A stretch of 54,551 nucleotides of DNA from Chromera velia (lineage: Eukaryota). Location of the stretch: positions 1 to 54,551 of the forward strand of contig JAHBMJ010000158.1 of the NCBI GenBank assembly GCA_018398765.1, in the 5' to 3' direction. The position numbers were made by a program, and so were the translations under genes. Below, one piece after another: positions 27,784 to 40,066 of this stretch (its first letter is position 1; every line of letters starts with the position of its first letter). The notes below the pieces were generated by a model. It was not told the DNA's origin. It saw nothing but the letters and a program-made list of their open reading frames with translations, and made no database searches.

Positions 27784-29477
27784 CCCTAATGAATTGGGAG
27801 TTGAATTGGGCGTCGAATTGGTAGTACTACCAATTTTTTACCGCCAGTAACTCCCAATTTTGAAAAATTGGTACCTAGTCTAGTGAAAGAAGTACATAGA
27901 GTTTGAAGCTAAAATTTTGTGTACGGGCTAAACAGGGGCTCACTAGTCTCTAGCCGCAGTCATTAGACTCTAATTCATTACTAGGAACAAATTATATGAA
28001 CACTTAGAGTCACCTAAAAATTGGGAGTTACCATTTTTTTTTTGGGACTAACTACTAATTTTTAAGAAAATCAACACCCAATTTTTTTTTTTGACTACCA
28101 ATTTTATAACTTCTCCTAAAAAGTAAAATATATGTGGAAAGAAAGAACGCTATAATAGAACAGTGTTACGGCTGTACAGAACTTCATAAATCCATAAGTT
28201 TTATATAGTTTCATAGTGTTATTCATGCTCAAAGTCCCTCCTGGCGTGACATATCAGCAAAATATGCTTGCATGGCTTTCTTTCTCTTGCACAACCACAC
28301 AAAAACCAGATTTTCCAGAATAAAACGATCATATGAATAACGTCTCCCCTGTAGGATAAAACGTTTGCAAACCTTCTTGTGATACGATTCAAAGCCGTAG
28401 CATTTCGCTGTGTTCAACCCCCCAAACCGGCGGATCCATACCGGGAAGTGCGAGTAGAAGTGAGTCTTCGGGACCGCCCACCCATAAGACTTGCAAAAAA
28501 GGCCTTGCCAAGTCTTTATCACCGTCTTCAGCTCTGCAAGTTTCTCATCCATGATTGAACCTGTCAATGTGAAAAGGATCCATAAATGCAAGTAAAAAGA
28601 ACAAGCAGGAGGGTTCTCTGTAACAAAAATGTCCGGGCACCTTTTTTCCATGAACTCAACGACACGAGGGAAAACGTGTCTAACATCTGCAGCCCCCAAT
28701 TTAATCTTTCTATTGTTTTTCGGAATCCCTCGGACCCACTGAGTAAGGGGCAGCCCTGTTTTTTGCCACACATCTGAATCAAAGAGAAATGAATTCAATT
28801 CCTCCATCTGAAAGAGCTTCTTCTTATTCACTGCCCAAACAAGAAAAAGTCCCAGCTCTTTTTTCGCTTCACCCTTGTCTGCGATATGCAAAATATCATG
28901 TTGAACGGACCACAGGATGGAAAAGAAAAGTAGAGACAACAAAAGGGGAATTTCTGTGAAACCCCGCTGTCTGAACAAAGATGAGCAGCCACTGTCCGGC
29001 TTATGGAGGGATTATGAATTCTGGTAGGCTTACATGGTCAATTGGATCGATTTTCACTCTATTTTTTGTATTGATACGTATAGCTTGTATAGAGCTGTCC
29101 ACTGTCCATTTTGCATTGCGTTAGCGGTGCACTATGACACATAAAACAAAAGTTTCAAGTTGAGTCCCATTTTTTTTTTTTTGTACTACTATTTTTTTTT
29201 TTCGGCAGTCCATTCCTATTTAAAAATTGGTAACTCCCAATTTTTAGGTGACTCTAAGTGTTCATATAATTTGTTTCTAGTAATGAATTAGAGTCTAATG
29301 ACTGCGGCTAGAGACTAGTGAGCCCCTGTCTAGCCCGTACACAAAATTTTAGCTTCAAACTTTATGTACTTCTTTCACTAGACTAGGTACCAATTTTTCA
29401 AAATTGGGAGTTACTGGTGATAAAAAATTGGTAGTACTACCAATTCGACGCCCAATTCAACTCCCAATTCATTAGGG
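27784..29477 (-). mobile_element. EnSpm/CMC-like DNA transposon, internally deleted, about 250-bp TIRs, 2-bp CA target duplication
   Basis: TIR CCCTAATGAATTGGGAG... (27784-~28033) is the reverse complement of ~29228-29477; CA flanks both sides (27782-83, 29478-79); transposase fragment inside. Confidence 0.88.
28229..28978 (-). pseudogene. C-terminal fragment of EnSpm/CMC-type DDE transposase
   Basis: HDILHIADKGEAK (D.LH...G motif) and PKTHFYSHFPVWIRRFGGL...CYGFESYHK (pK.H...H....FG......FE motif of CMC transposases); N-terminal part missing. Confidence 0.75.
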
Positions 29478-29884
29478 CAAGACGAACAGCTAACAAGGGC
29501 GTCTGTACCAGAATTCTTTGACTGAAGCATCCAGAGCACTGGGGGACTGTTTTGTGGAAATAACAAGCCGATCGAGGACTACACGTCCTCCTTTTTCATG
29601 TATCATAGGAAAGATGATCCAATGCATGTGTACTTTGCCGTTTGATCATTAAATTGCATTGAACAAACCTGTTGCAGATATGTATCGATCTAGGTATCGA
29701 TCACATAATTTTTGTATAATGATTCAAATTTGGGTTTTTAACAAGTTTTTGACAAGTTTTTAACTTAAGTTTTTATGGTTGTTCAACATGATTTTGGACT
29801 CTAAACAGTAAAAAAGTTAGTGTCAAAAAATTTTTTTAAAGAAAAACATTTCGTGCTTTCCCTCCTCATTGCTGAAACGCCATC

Positions 29885-30985
29885 ATGATGTCCTGTGGAA
29901 TATCGGCTGGCCCTTTTAGTGGCTCCGATCTCCCCTCTGGCAACGGGGGGGCCACCCTTCCCGAAATAAAAGCACTGTTCGACCAACAGACAGCTTCTCA
30001 GAGGGAGTACTTCGACGGCAGATTTGACATCGTTGCAAAAAAGATTGATAACGTTGACAACTAGATTGGGCAGAATGAGAGAAGGGTTAAGAAATGTAAG
30101 AAGTCAATCGAGAAGATCGAATCTACCGTGCTGAGTCTTCAGCCCTTCGATGAGGAGAAAGACCCCGTCCCTCGCTTACGTGTGGTGCTGGGCCTCTCTC
30201 TCAATGAGGCAAGGAAGTGGCAGCAATTCCAATCCTTCCTCAGAGACTTGCTCACCTTTTCTCTCTCCCTCAATGGCCAAGTGTGCCAGACTGATGAAGT
30301 GATCTCCCGTTCTTCCCGGCTGTATGAGGCTGCGAAATCCATTTTCTGCAGTAAGAACTACAAGTAGGTCTCCAAACTCACTGTCGAATTCAAACGCAAA
30401 AAAGATGCGGAAGAGTTTGACGGTCTGCTAGACGGTCTGTTCAAGGCCTGCGCCCCCGACCGCTCCGTGCAGTACAACGTCCTCTCCCTTGCTCCCACCG
30501 GATCTGTGAAGTGTGTGCTCAGGAAGACGGAGGAAAAAGAGAAAGCCGGCAGAATTTTCTGGGCGCAAAGCACACTTAGCGATGCCGGGGCATCCGCTAA
30601 GGATAAAGAGAGGGTTCAGGCCCTTCTGCTGAAGGAAAGGGTGAGTGAGTCCGCTCAACCGATTCCCAGGGCACCTGCACCACCACTGCAGCAGTACCTA
30701 TTCCCTCCTATGCCACCCCAACAAAATTTGGCCGCCGACTCTCACATGATGGGCTCGCCACTGGCAGCTGCGGTCGCGCAGTAGAATGCGGTGGCAGCCG
30801 TGGTGCCGCAAACCTCGAGCGCTGCTGCGTTAAACTTTGCAATGCATGCCCAACAGCAATAACAGCAAGCCAGACAGCTCCCGCAGCCGTCTCATGAGGG
30901 TGGTATGGTTTTCAAGACCCCGGTGCAAGTGAGACCCGAGTTGGGAAACGGAGACGGAGGTGCTGCCCCCGGCTTCAGTCATTAG
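29885..30985 (+). pseudogene. LINE ORF1 (coiled-coil N-terminus, Q/P-rich tail) with 4 in-frame stops
   Basis: One frame from ATG 29885: EIKALFDQQTASQREYFDGRFDIVAKKIDNVDN*IGQNERRV...; stops at 30062, 30365, 30782, 30860 (HAQQQ*QQAR); no frameshift. Confidence 0.65.
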
Positions 30986-33900
30986 TTTCGGATGGAGATG
31001 GGAAGAGTTGGGGGGAAGGGCGTTTGGTTGGGAGTCCTCCTTCTCCCTCTAAACCGACTGGACTCCCATGGCTGAAAAGGAAATTGTTAGGTCTCCTGGA
31101 AGAGAGGGAGGCTCTCAGAAAGGAGATGTGTGATCTGCGTGCCTGGTTGTCTTCTGTCTCTGGCAATGAGTTGTGTTCTCCCCCGGGCACCGCACCTTAC
31201 GATGTCTTTCTTGATTCATTAAAATGGTGTGACATGAAATTCGATCTTCGTAGAAAAGGGCACTCAGCCCCTGTCTCTCCCCCTCCCTTTGTCTTTCATG
31301 GCAATCGTTTTGATGTTCTGTCGGAGTGCGCAACGGACGAAGGATCTGTGAGCGGCGGCGAGCTTGATGCCTTTGCAGGCAAGTCAGACTGTTCTTCTCC
31401 TCTATTTAATTCTTCTCCGTCCCTTCATACCCCTGATGTTGATTCTCTTTCATGTTCGCCTTCCCTTTGCAGTCAGGCACCTTCTCCTTCCGGTGAGGGC
31501 TTGTCTGTTCTATCTTTTGTATTTGATGTGTTTTTTGTTTCGAAGGAGAGGTCGGTTAGGAAGCGTCGCAGGGGGAAAGAGAAAAAGCGCAGGAGAGGCA
31601 ACCGTAAGCATGGCACGTCACAGCAGCCGGGTGAAGCGGGGGAGCCTGCCAGCCCAGAGCCGGAGTGGGAGATCGTGCGGGTGCTTCGTACTCGCACAAA
31701 CGGGGAAGGGGGGGGAAGGGAATACCTGGTTGACTGGGGCAGGAATTTCTCTCATACGTAGGAGCCGGCAGCAAACCTAAATCACTGCGAAGAGCTGCGA
31801 AGGGAGTTTTGGAAAGAGTGGTGGAAAGAAAAAAAGAAAGAGATGGCAGCCGCGGCTAGAGTGAGGGATGCCTTGGTCCGTTTTTTGTTGTTGAATGTGA
31901 ATGGGGTGAGAAGTAAAGAAGACAACGGTTCCCTTTCCCGTTGGCTGGCCGAAAAAGATCCCGACCTAGCCATCTTCACAGAAGCAATAGACGTAACGAG
32001 GGACATCTCTTGTGGGGGGTGGAAAGGCAAAAACTTCAGCCACCACGAGTGGTACCGGCAGCAACTAGGTACGCGCAGAGCAGCCCATGATAGGGATGGC
32101 AGGAGTAGGGGTGTTTGTGTGCTTGTAAAAGAGGAACGGTGGAGCGAGCTAAAACCCAAAATCTCCCTTGTGGGCCCGAGTCTAGTTGAAATGAAGATTA
32201 CTGTGGGTGGGCGCAGAGTGCATGTATTTGGTCTTTACCTTCCCGGGTCCTGGTCCGATCACAGGGACAGTAAGGTCCCTGACCTCTTGAAGGATGTATT
32301 TGGGGGGGTCCCTCTTGAGGCAAACAGGGTGGTAATGGGGGATTTCAATGCGCACTCGGGCAGCCTTATCCCCGAAAATCTTTTGTGGTCCCGTGCAGAT
32401 CTCCTCCTCCCGCCGAGGGATTCTGGGGGGGTTGATGGGAGGGGAAAAAATGATGAGGGCTCGGAGGAGCTTGACAGACCCTCGTTTGTCCGCACGTCTC
32501 AGTACAGCAAAGACGTTGACCGCAGTGGGAGGGACTTTATTCATATTTGTAGTGATACGAATCTTGTTCCTTTGAACGGACTGACGAGAGAAGCAGGGGG
32601 AGAGTCCTTTGTTTTTCCTGGTGAGTGCACCCACTATTCCAGACAGAGCAGCATGTCTACGCCCACTTCCCTCATTGACTACGTACTTACTGATCTATCT
32701 ACCATACAGAGGGTTTCTGATTAGGAGGTTGACTTTGATGGTATTGCCTCCCCCGACCATGCGACCGTTTCCTTCTCCTTCTCCCCTCCCTTGGCCGAAC
32801 CCAAATTTGAAGATGCTCTCCCACCCCACCAAAACCTCTCTGATTGTCCTTCCCTTTTCTGTTCAAGCCGTACAGCCCCGGTCTCTGATGAAGAAATCGC
32901 GCCGCTTGCAGCAGCGGTGAGATCGTTTGCTGAGGATCGATGGCCTTGCTTGTGGGCTTATCATGAGCAGATCGAACCATTCGAGGAGCCACCTGCTCCT
33001 CCGCCTCCCCCAGTGTCCCCGTATCCCCAACCAGGGCTGACTTCGGAGGGCGGTGACGATCGCGCGTGTCTGCACAGGTTAGTTGAGGAATGGGTGCGTG
33101 TGCTGGTAGGGCCGATCAAGCAGACAGGGGACAAGGGGCCTGGCCCAGAAGGTAGTTGATCAAAGAGAGAGGCATGGTTTGATTCGGAATGTAAAGCTTT
33201 ACAGAAAGAGGTTAGAGAAGCAGACGAGAGATGGAAGCTAGTAAAAGATGGGAATGGAAGGGGAATAGAGTTTGATAGACTGCAGAGGCTTCTCCAGGTC
33301 CGTCGTACTCTGTTCAAAAGAAAGAGAGTTGCGTGGGAGAGAGCACAAGCCCGGAGGGTATAAGAAGAGTTGTTAAAAGACCTGCTTGCTATCTGGAGGA
33401 GAAAAAAAAAAGCTGTCTCAGCTGGGGGAGCTTCCCATCCTTCTCTACATGAGTTTTTGAATCATTGGGCGGGGGTGTTTGAAGACAAGACTGAAGAGCC
33501 TCTCCCTTCCGCCCTCCCACCTGCCCCTCCTCCTTTCCACCCTTCTATTTTGCCCTTCTCTTTCCATCAAATCTCCTCTGCTCTAAAGAAAATGAATAGA
33601 AAGAAAGCCTCCGGCCTTGAAGGATTCTCCCCCGCTCAGCTTGACCTTTGTTTTGCACACTCGGCGCTCTCTCGTTGTTTACTTTTTGTTTTGTTTAATT
33701 GTATGTATATCTTTGCTTGCTGGCCTCCCTCCTGGAATGTGCTGCATATCTGCCCTGTCCCTAAAGGCCCTGCCTCTCCCTCTTCCAATGAATGGAGGCC
33801 TATTCACGTTGTTAACCCTTTCGTAAAACTTTTTGGTTTGCTGATGGACGGCCGTGTGCGCTCTCAAGTTGAGTTTGACGTCAGGCAGTTAGGTTTCAGA

Positions 33901-34565
33901 TAAGGGGTGGGTACGAGGGAAGGGGTAGGCGCGCTTGTCTCTGCCATTCTTTCCTCTAAAAAAAAAAAGAAAGCTCTGCTGGCAGGCTTTGTTGACTTCT
34001 CCAAAGCTTTCGACACTGTGCCGAGAGGTAAGCTAATTCAAAAACTGAGGAGAGAAGGTGTGTATGAGGCAGATGTGTGTATGATATGTGAAATGTACAG
34101 GAAGGTCTGGGGAAAGGTAGACGGGGACTCTTTGCATTTTTGGAAGGGCGATGGGGTAAAGCAAGGTGATGCTCTCTCTCCCATTCTCTTTCTTATCTAT
34201 ATCAATGACCTTCCCCGTATGTGTTCAGTTAGTAAGAACGAGGGGGCTGTAGACAGAGAAGCAGAGGGAGCAGGATGGTCAGACAGCAAAATGGGGAAAG
34301 GCAGCGTCGAGGAGCCTGAGAGAGAGCCTGAACCTGTCCTTCTTGACAACTGCATCTTAGGCAGTCTGGGGTATGTGGATGATCTCTGTTTCTTTGCTCA
34401 TTCCGTCTCAGATCTGCAAAAGAAGTTCTCAGCCTTGGAAGGGTATTGCAAGGAATGGGGATTGACTATGAACTTAAAGAAGACGAAAATCTTGCGTCTG
34501 TCTGCTTTGGCTCTGGGGCAGTCTGCAGGTAAAGTCATGTATGGTGGGAGGGAAGTTGAATATCA
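29885..34565 (+). mobile_element. LINE (APE-type non-LTR retrotransposon): ORF1 plus chromodomain-APE-RT ORF2; inactivated by nonsense codons; 3' end lost near an assembly gap
   Basis: See ORF features; RT homology stops near 34565 and Ns follow at ~34604. Confidence 0.92.
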
Positions 34566-34578
34566 ATTTACGTGCTGA
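31024..34578 (+). pseudogene. LINE ORF2: chromodomain, apurinic-like endonuclease, reverse transcriptase; single frame with 5 internal stops
   Basis: ORFs at 31024, 31843, 32791, 33370 and 33907 share one frame. APE: LLNVNG, DLAIFTE, GLYLP, MGDFNAH, LIDYVL, PDH. Linker WFDSEC. RT: KKASGLEG, WRPI, QLGFR, FVDFSKAFDTV, GVKQGDALSPILF, YVDDL, GLTMNLKKTK. Confidence 0.92.
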
Positions 34579-36072
34579 ACGGTGCCGAAACGAGAAGGTC
34601 TTANNNNNNGGGGGGGGGGGGGGTCTTGCATGCCATTGGCACTCAAATGAATTTTTACATGGCCCCTCATGATGACGTCTTATTTGTGATTTAAAATCTC
34701 TAGTAGATAAAAGTTTTAGAAAATCTGGATTCTACATAGTTTTAAGTTTTACATAGTTTTACTCTGATCTGCTCTAATCATTTCATAGATGGGAAGCGCT
34801 TGATGATGATGATGATGATGATGATTAAAATTGATGAACTTTTATAGGTGAGTCTGCTAAGACTCTGCGGCTAAATCTTAGAATAGGTGCGGTCGTACAA
34901 GATATTAGTTAGTGCCTTAAGAAAAAAAAATCGTGCACGCGGAATGCACACGCGGAAGCACAAGGCTGCGCATATCGGCGTGCATCGCGACGGCGAGATA
35001 GCGAGGAGACAGTAAGTACTGTATAAAGCATAGAAGAGAATAGAAGAATAATATAGAAATAAGATGAAAGAATAAAAAAAAAAAAAAAACTTTTCATACC
35101 TTAAACCGTTGGTGATGAAGGGAGTGGTGAAAAGAAGGAAAGATATAAGATAAAGAGATGATTGGGTAGGAAGAAACAGAAATGTAGATCAGAGATAAAG
35201 ATGACAGAATATTTTGTCACAGTACTTTAAGATTTTCTGTCTTATGTTCTTTTTTTGGTTCCAAGGGCCTTTTGTCGTGCCGCTCCTATTCTAAGATTCA
35301 GCTGACTCTCCTAAGTTGTGCCCGCGCTACATCCCGCAGCCAGCAGGTCCGGTCGCGCCATGGCATGCGGGCTAAAGTGCATGCTATCCGTCCCAATTCT
35401 GTCATGTTTTTTCTTAACTGTGTGAGAGCAGGCATTCCGATATGCGTGAGAGAGAGTGAAAGAAGTGAAACTTTTGTACAAGCATCTCTTATCCCCGTAG
35501 GCCCCAGATTAGGAAAGTCAGATAGAGAAGTGGTTAAAAGAAGAGAGAAAACAATAGTAGCACGAGATGACCCAGGCCTTGCATAGGTATAGAAGAGATT
35601 TGCTCCTTTAGCAGTAGTTAGAAACAGGAAAAGCGAGACTAAGGTCTTGCATAGGGGGTCCCGCCAGGGGCTCTCCGCATGGCTGACAGCTATGCCCTCT
35701 TTACACTGGACCACCATTGTTCCCATATTGTTCTTTGTCGCACCCCGTCTTTGGTTGGGTTTGGACCTTCCAAAGATTCAAAGAAACCCAATCTGTGCGT
35801 GCGGCGATCTGCTGGACCTAGCGAGACACTATGCATAAAGATGTGCGATGGGGGAGAGGATTTGGTGGAGGCTAAACCGGTCAAGGACGCATTCTACAAT
35901 ATTTTATCGAGGGACCCGGTGCGTCATACCTACGTGCGTTTGCACAGCTTGGCCTTTCCACCCCGAACAGATTGGTCGAAGAAAACCAGAAGAGACCAGA
36001 CTTCCTATCAGGAATGCTATTAGGGGACAGCTATCTTGGAGACGTGTCCATCACTCATCCCATGTCTGTGGA

Positions 36073-37969
36073 CATGCTGTCTAAACCTTCAGAATGACTC
36101 CCTGCGCTAACCCCAGGTAGCCTTGACGGGCCGCCTGGGGTCTCATGTATGACCTTCCTCAGGTGGTCCTTACGGACCGCCTGCGGCACCCCAGGCAGTC
36201 AGGAGGTCTTTCTGTATTCTCTCTATAGGGGGTTTCGGACTCCACATCGATAATGTTGGTATCCTAATCATGACAAGGACTTGCATTCTCCTTTCCCAGA
36301 ATTGGTGTCTCACCTCCCTCCATTTTCTGTCTCTTTGCCGGAGGCTTGCCTGTAAATCCGAAGGCTTGCAACCTACTCTGCTGCATTGCAGTTAGCTAGG
36401 CAGGCAGCAAGCGGGAAGGCCGAGTGCGGAATTATCAATCAGTGCAGTCAGCAAGTGGGAAAGCCGAGTGCAGAATTATCAATCAGTGTAGTCAATAAGT
36501 GGGAAGGCCAAGTATGAAATCAATCAGTGAGTTAATCAATAGATGTACAATGATGTGCAATGATATACATCTCCAGTAACAAAAGTAAGAAGAGACGAAA
36601 GTTGAAAGCAACCGTCAACTTAATGTGTATCCACTGATATCTATCGCTGATCGCGACCGCCGAACCAAAAGTTGCTGCCGGTCTGCATGACCCGGTCGGA
36701 CGTTTATACGTAGCATGCACATATAGATCGCGAGGTCGCATCGGCGCGTCCCTCGTGCGAACCCGGGTCGGGCACGTGTATCGTGGTTCATGACGACAAG
36801 GTCGGTACCGACCTTCGCCCCAGGCAACTCTCAACAACTGCCTGGGGCTTCGCTCCAGGCAGCTCTATATAAACTTAGGCCTAAACTTAGGCAAAACCAC
36901 CCTAAACTTAAGTTTTTCAATAAAAAATTAAATTTTTGGTGTTTTAAAAGAGATTTTTGGAGCTTAATTTGCTATAAAAGCTTAAAAAACGCTAAAATAG
37001 GGTTGAATGGCTAAGGTTAGGGTAGGTTAGGGTAGGTTTAGATGAGTTTAAAACCCATTTGCTACGTAAGGTTTAGAATTAGTTTGGAAACCATGGTCAT
37101 ACCAGACTCAAACCTTTCAAACCTCTTCAAACCCATCCAAACCTGGTCAAACTTCTGAAATCTCTATATGAATGATCTGTTAAAAGCACATTTTATATAT
37201 TTTTACCGGCAGGACCACGTTTGTAACACTCTGTGCATGACGGTGCATGAGCGTTTCAGGAAAGGGATACAGCCTCGCTCGCATCAGCATTCACAGCAGC
37301 CGCTGCATTCTCCTTATCCTGCCCTCCCCCCTTTTCCCCTCTCTTATTTTCCGGCACAATCTTTGTTTGCTTGATCGCCTCTCCGTGGAAACATGTGGAA
37401 ACCACACACATGATTGAGGAATTTAGTCAAGACAAACTTCGCCTTTCCAGGCGGCCACCACGCCATGAAGAGCTTTGTCTGTCGTCTGCAACAGAGCAGA
37501 GCTTGCACTCAATTTCCTATATTCGTTGAATGATCGGTTTACCTGATGTTTCTTGGTAAAATGCCAGGTCATGTTTGCTTTGCATCTTCTCTGTGTTCAT
37601 GTAAAAGCCATTTGGAACCAGGTTTAGACAGGTTTAGACAGGTTTGGTTAGGTTAGGGGATTAGGTTTGCAAACTGACGTCATGAGCGTTTGCGAACCTC
37701 AGAGGGTGAATTGACTTTCCTATATATAAAAGGTCATAAAATTTAATTTAAAAAGTTGTGTTATCGTAGGAATAAGGTCAGTTCATCCTAAAAACCTAAA
37801 AAAACCACTTCTTAGAGTTATAGCTAATCAGAGTGATACATACCCCTAGGGTTTGTAATTAAATTATATTTATTTTTTTTTTAGGTGTCATACCCTAGCC
37901 TGGGGTCGCCCCAGGCGGCCCGGCACGCCTGCGGCGTGCCTGGGGTACTAGGCAGGTTTAGACAGCGTG
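36073..37969. mobile_element. Non-autonomous hAT-like DNA transposon (16-bp TIR, 8-bp TSD)
   Basis: Left CATGCTGTCTAAACCT (36073-88), right AGGTTTAGACAGCGTG (37954-69), 1 mismatch; flanks TCTGTGGA (36065-72) and TCTATAGA (37970-77); removing it restores the RLE reading frame; many subterminal CCCCAGG/CCTGGGG and AAACCT/AGGTTT motifs. Confidence 0.8.
36413..36533. repeat. 44-bp tandem repeat, about 2.7 copies, inside the hAT-like element
   Basis: GGGAAGGCCGAGTGCGGAATTATCAATCAGTGCAGTCAGCAAGT variants at 36413, 36457, 36501. Confidence 0.85.
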
Positions 37970-38679
37970 TCTATAGATGCAGCCCGCCTGCGTCGAATGT
38001 TCAATTATGCAGGAGTAGTAGCTAGAGACATGAAAACGGTGAAGGACAGGAAGTATAAGGCCATCTGCAAAGAGCTAGGCCTCGAATTTGTCCTGCTGGT
38101 GTTTAAAACGTATGGAAGGCCGGGGAAGAGGACGGTGGAGTTTTTGATAACTGTAGCAAATCACGCAGCAAGCAGAGTGAAGGGGGGTGAAGACTTTGCA
38201 GCGGTCTAGGGCAGACTGATGAAACACTACTTCAAAATTCTGTCGTGGACCTTACAGAGATTTGTGGCAGCAAACGTGCTTTCTTCCATTCACTCACAGA
38301 GAAGGAGAAGGGGTCCTTTTCAAGTGGCGCCATTGCTGGCCCGCGACGTGGCAGCGTTCTCTGTCCTCGCGTAGGGGGCAGGAGGCGCCAACGGCGAGTG
38401 AAAGACAGGGTGAAGTGAAGACCGAGCTGATTGAATAGACGGAGAACGACGGAGAAGTGTAAAGAAATAAAGGGTTAGAGTAGGTTAGAAAGAGAAAGAA
38501 ATTGGACAAGAAGAGTTGTTTGTTGAAGAGTCGTTGCTTAAGAGTGAGTTAAGTGATTCCGGGTCAATTTCCGGCCACTAGGGGCGATTGAAGTTTATAT
38601 AAAAGAGAAACTAGAGAAAAAAAAAACGCGATAGAGAGGCAGACAGAGTCAGAAACTAAGGGTGGATAGATTAGGGTAG

Positions 38680-40027
38680 ATTGAGCATGTGCCACGAACG
38701 AACTCGGCCGTGCCGAGGAGAGCTGGGGAAAATGTTTTTATGTATACCATTTTTTCATTTTTTTTTATTAAGGGCCTTTTATGTGGCGGCGCAGTGGCGC
38801 GCCCAGACCCAAGTCACAGTTATAGTATAAGTAAATTAAACTTGAATTTAAAATGAAATTATAGTGAGTTTTGCGCCGCTGTAATAGGGACTGAAGTAGA
38901 CTAAAGCTACTACTACTGACAGCTCTTAATCGTTCTAACATTGTTGTGTTGTGATTTTTACTGCCAGTCGGAGAGGTCAAAGAAAAGAAAGAATATCAAC
39001 ATTTTCATTTAGATTAGGATGTCGAAGTTTATAGCCCCCCCAAAGCCACTTTTTGTTGGGACGGAGGATCACTGCGGCCTTGCCGGCGCCGGCCCGGTGA
39101 GTCGATCAGTCTGTTGGACGTCTGTCTAGAGCCTTTCGCAACACCCACAGCGCTTCTTACTTTGACTGTTCCCTCTGACTGTGTTTGATACCTACAGACA
39201 CACGTGAATGCATAAGTTCAACTTGTGAGGAACTCTCCTTTGGAAAAGTAATGGTCAGTCCAGAAAGAGACGGAGAGAGACGGCAAAGAAGCCGCCAGAC
39301 AGTTGTGCATAGGGTTATGCAGGTCACGAAATTGGAGTGAAGCAGAGGGTGTTCAAGTCATCGGCAGACATCTTAAGGAGTATGCACTTTCGTTTTCCGA
39401 CCTTGATTGAAGATGATAGTACTTAAGAATGCAAAAAAAAAGTCAGAGGCGGGAAAGTCGGAAAAAAAGTCGGAGCGTGGCCTGTCGGGTTGCCTCCTTT
39501 GCAGGGGATCTCTCACTTTTCGTCCGCCCTCTGGCTTTGCTTGTATTGGTGTACTGCAGGGGTGATAGGACACGCAAGGGTGGGACCGGAAACGCCTTCG
39601 TCCTGTGGTAGAGAGGTCAGATGGCTAGGGAGCTCAGTGACGCTCACAGCCAGACAGGCAGACACATAAGTTCAACTGGAAGACCGCCAGACAAGTTGAC
39701 TCAAAATCGCCCACAGACATCTTCATGCGTCTTCGCCTCATTTTTTGACCCTTAAAACGTATCTCTATAGAGCCAAACATCGTCATGATGCTGACTGACC
39801 ATCTCTGCTATTGTGTCTTCATTGATGGCCTCCGGTCATCCTTTTACTGTATGCGTGCCTTATGTCTGCAGGCAGGTGAGGAGAGGAAGAAACAGAAGAA
39901 GACGAAAGGAACTCAGCAGGCAGATGTGCGACGTAGAGAAGGGCACAGTAAGTACAGAGCGACTTGGACACGGCGGGGATGGCAGAAGAAAACGGAGACG
40001 GCTGGAGACGGCAAAAATTGGACTCGT

Positions 40028-40066
<39 letters not shown>

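Larger units (their letters stand above)
35400..38330 (+). mobile_element. 3' part of an RLE-type (CRE-like) non-LTR retrotransposon (zinc knuckle plus restriction-like endonuclease), split by the 36073-37969 insertion
   Basis: SAWLTAMP...RLWLG...CACGDLLD..HYA*RC; RPDF...GDVSITHPMSVD, resuming after the insertion with AARLRR...KDRKYKAICKELGLEFVLLVFKTYGRPG...ILSWTLQR: the PD..D..K..KY RLE signature. Boundaries approximate. Confidence 0.8.

Noticed and set aside
29885..34578. Ciliate-like code (TAA/TAG = Gln) or programmed read-through as the reason for in-frame stops in the LINE
   Set aside because: One TAG replaces a conserved Trp (TWEP) and one stop is TGA. Host genes in the window end normally at TAG (rpS8), TAA (GH27) and TGA (HECT, oxidase). 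Mutation is the simpler explanation.
34801..34825. (TGA)n run as the 3' tail of the chromodomain LINE
   Set aside because: Separated from the RT by an N gap and unrelated AT-rich sequence; linkage cannot be shown
36413..36533. CRISPR-like array
   Set aside because: Head-to-tail units with no unique spacers, eukaryotic context, no cas genes
37014..37660. GGTTAGGG/GGTTTAG telomere-like repeats
   Set aside because: Only a few degenerate units, matching the AGGTTTAG motif in the hAT-like TIR; better read as subterminal repeats
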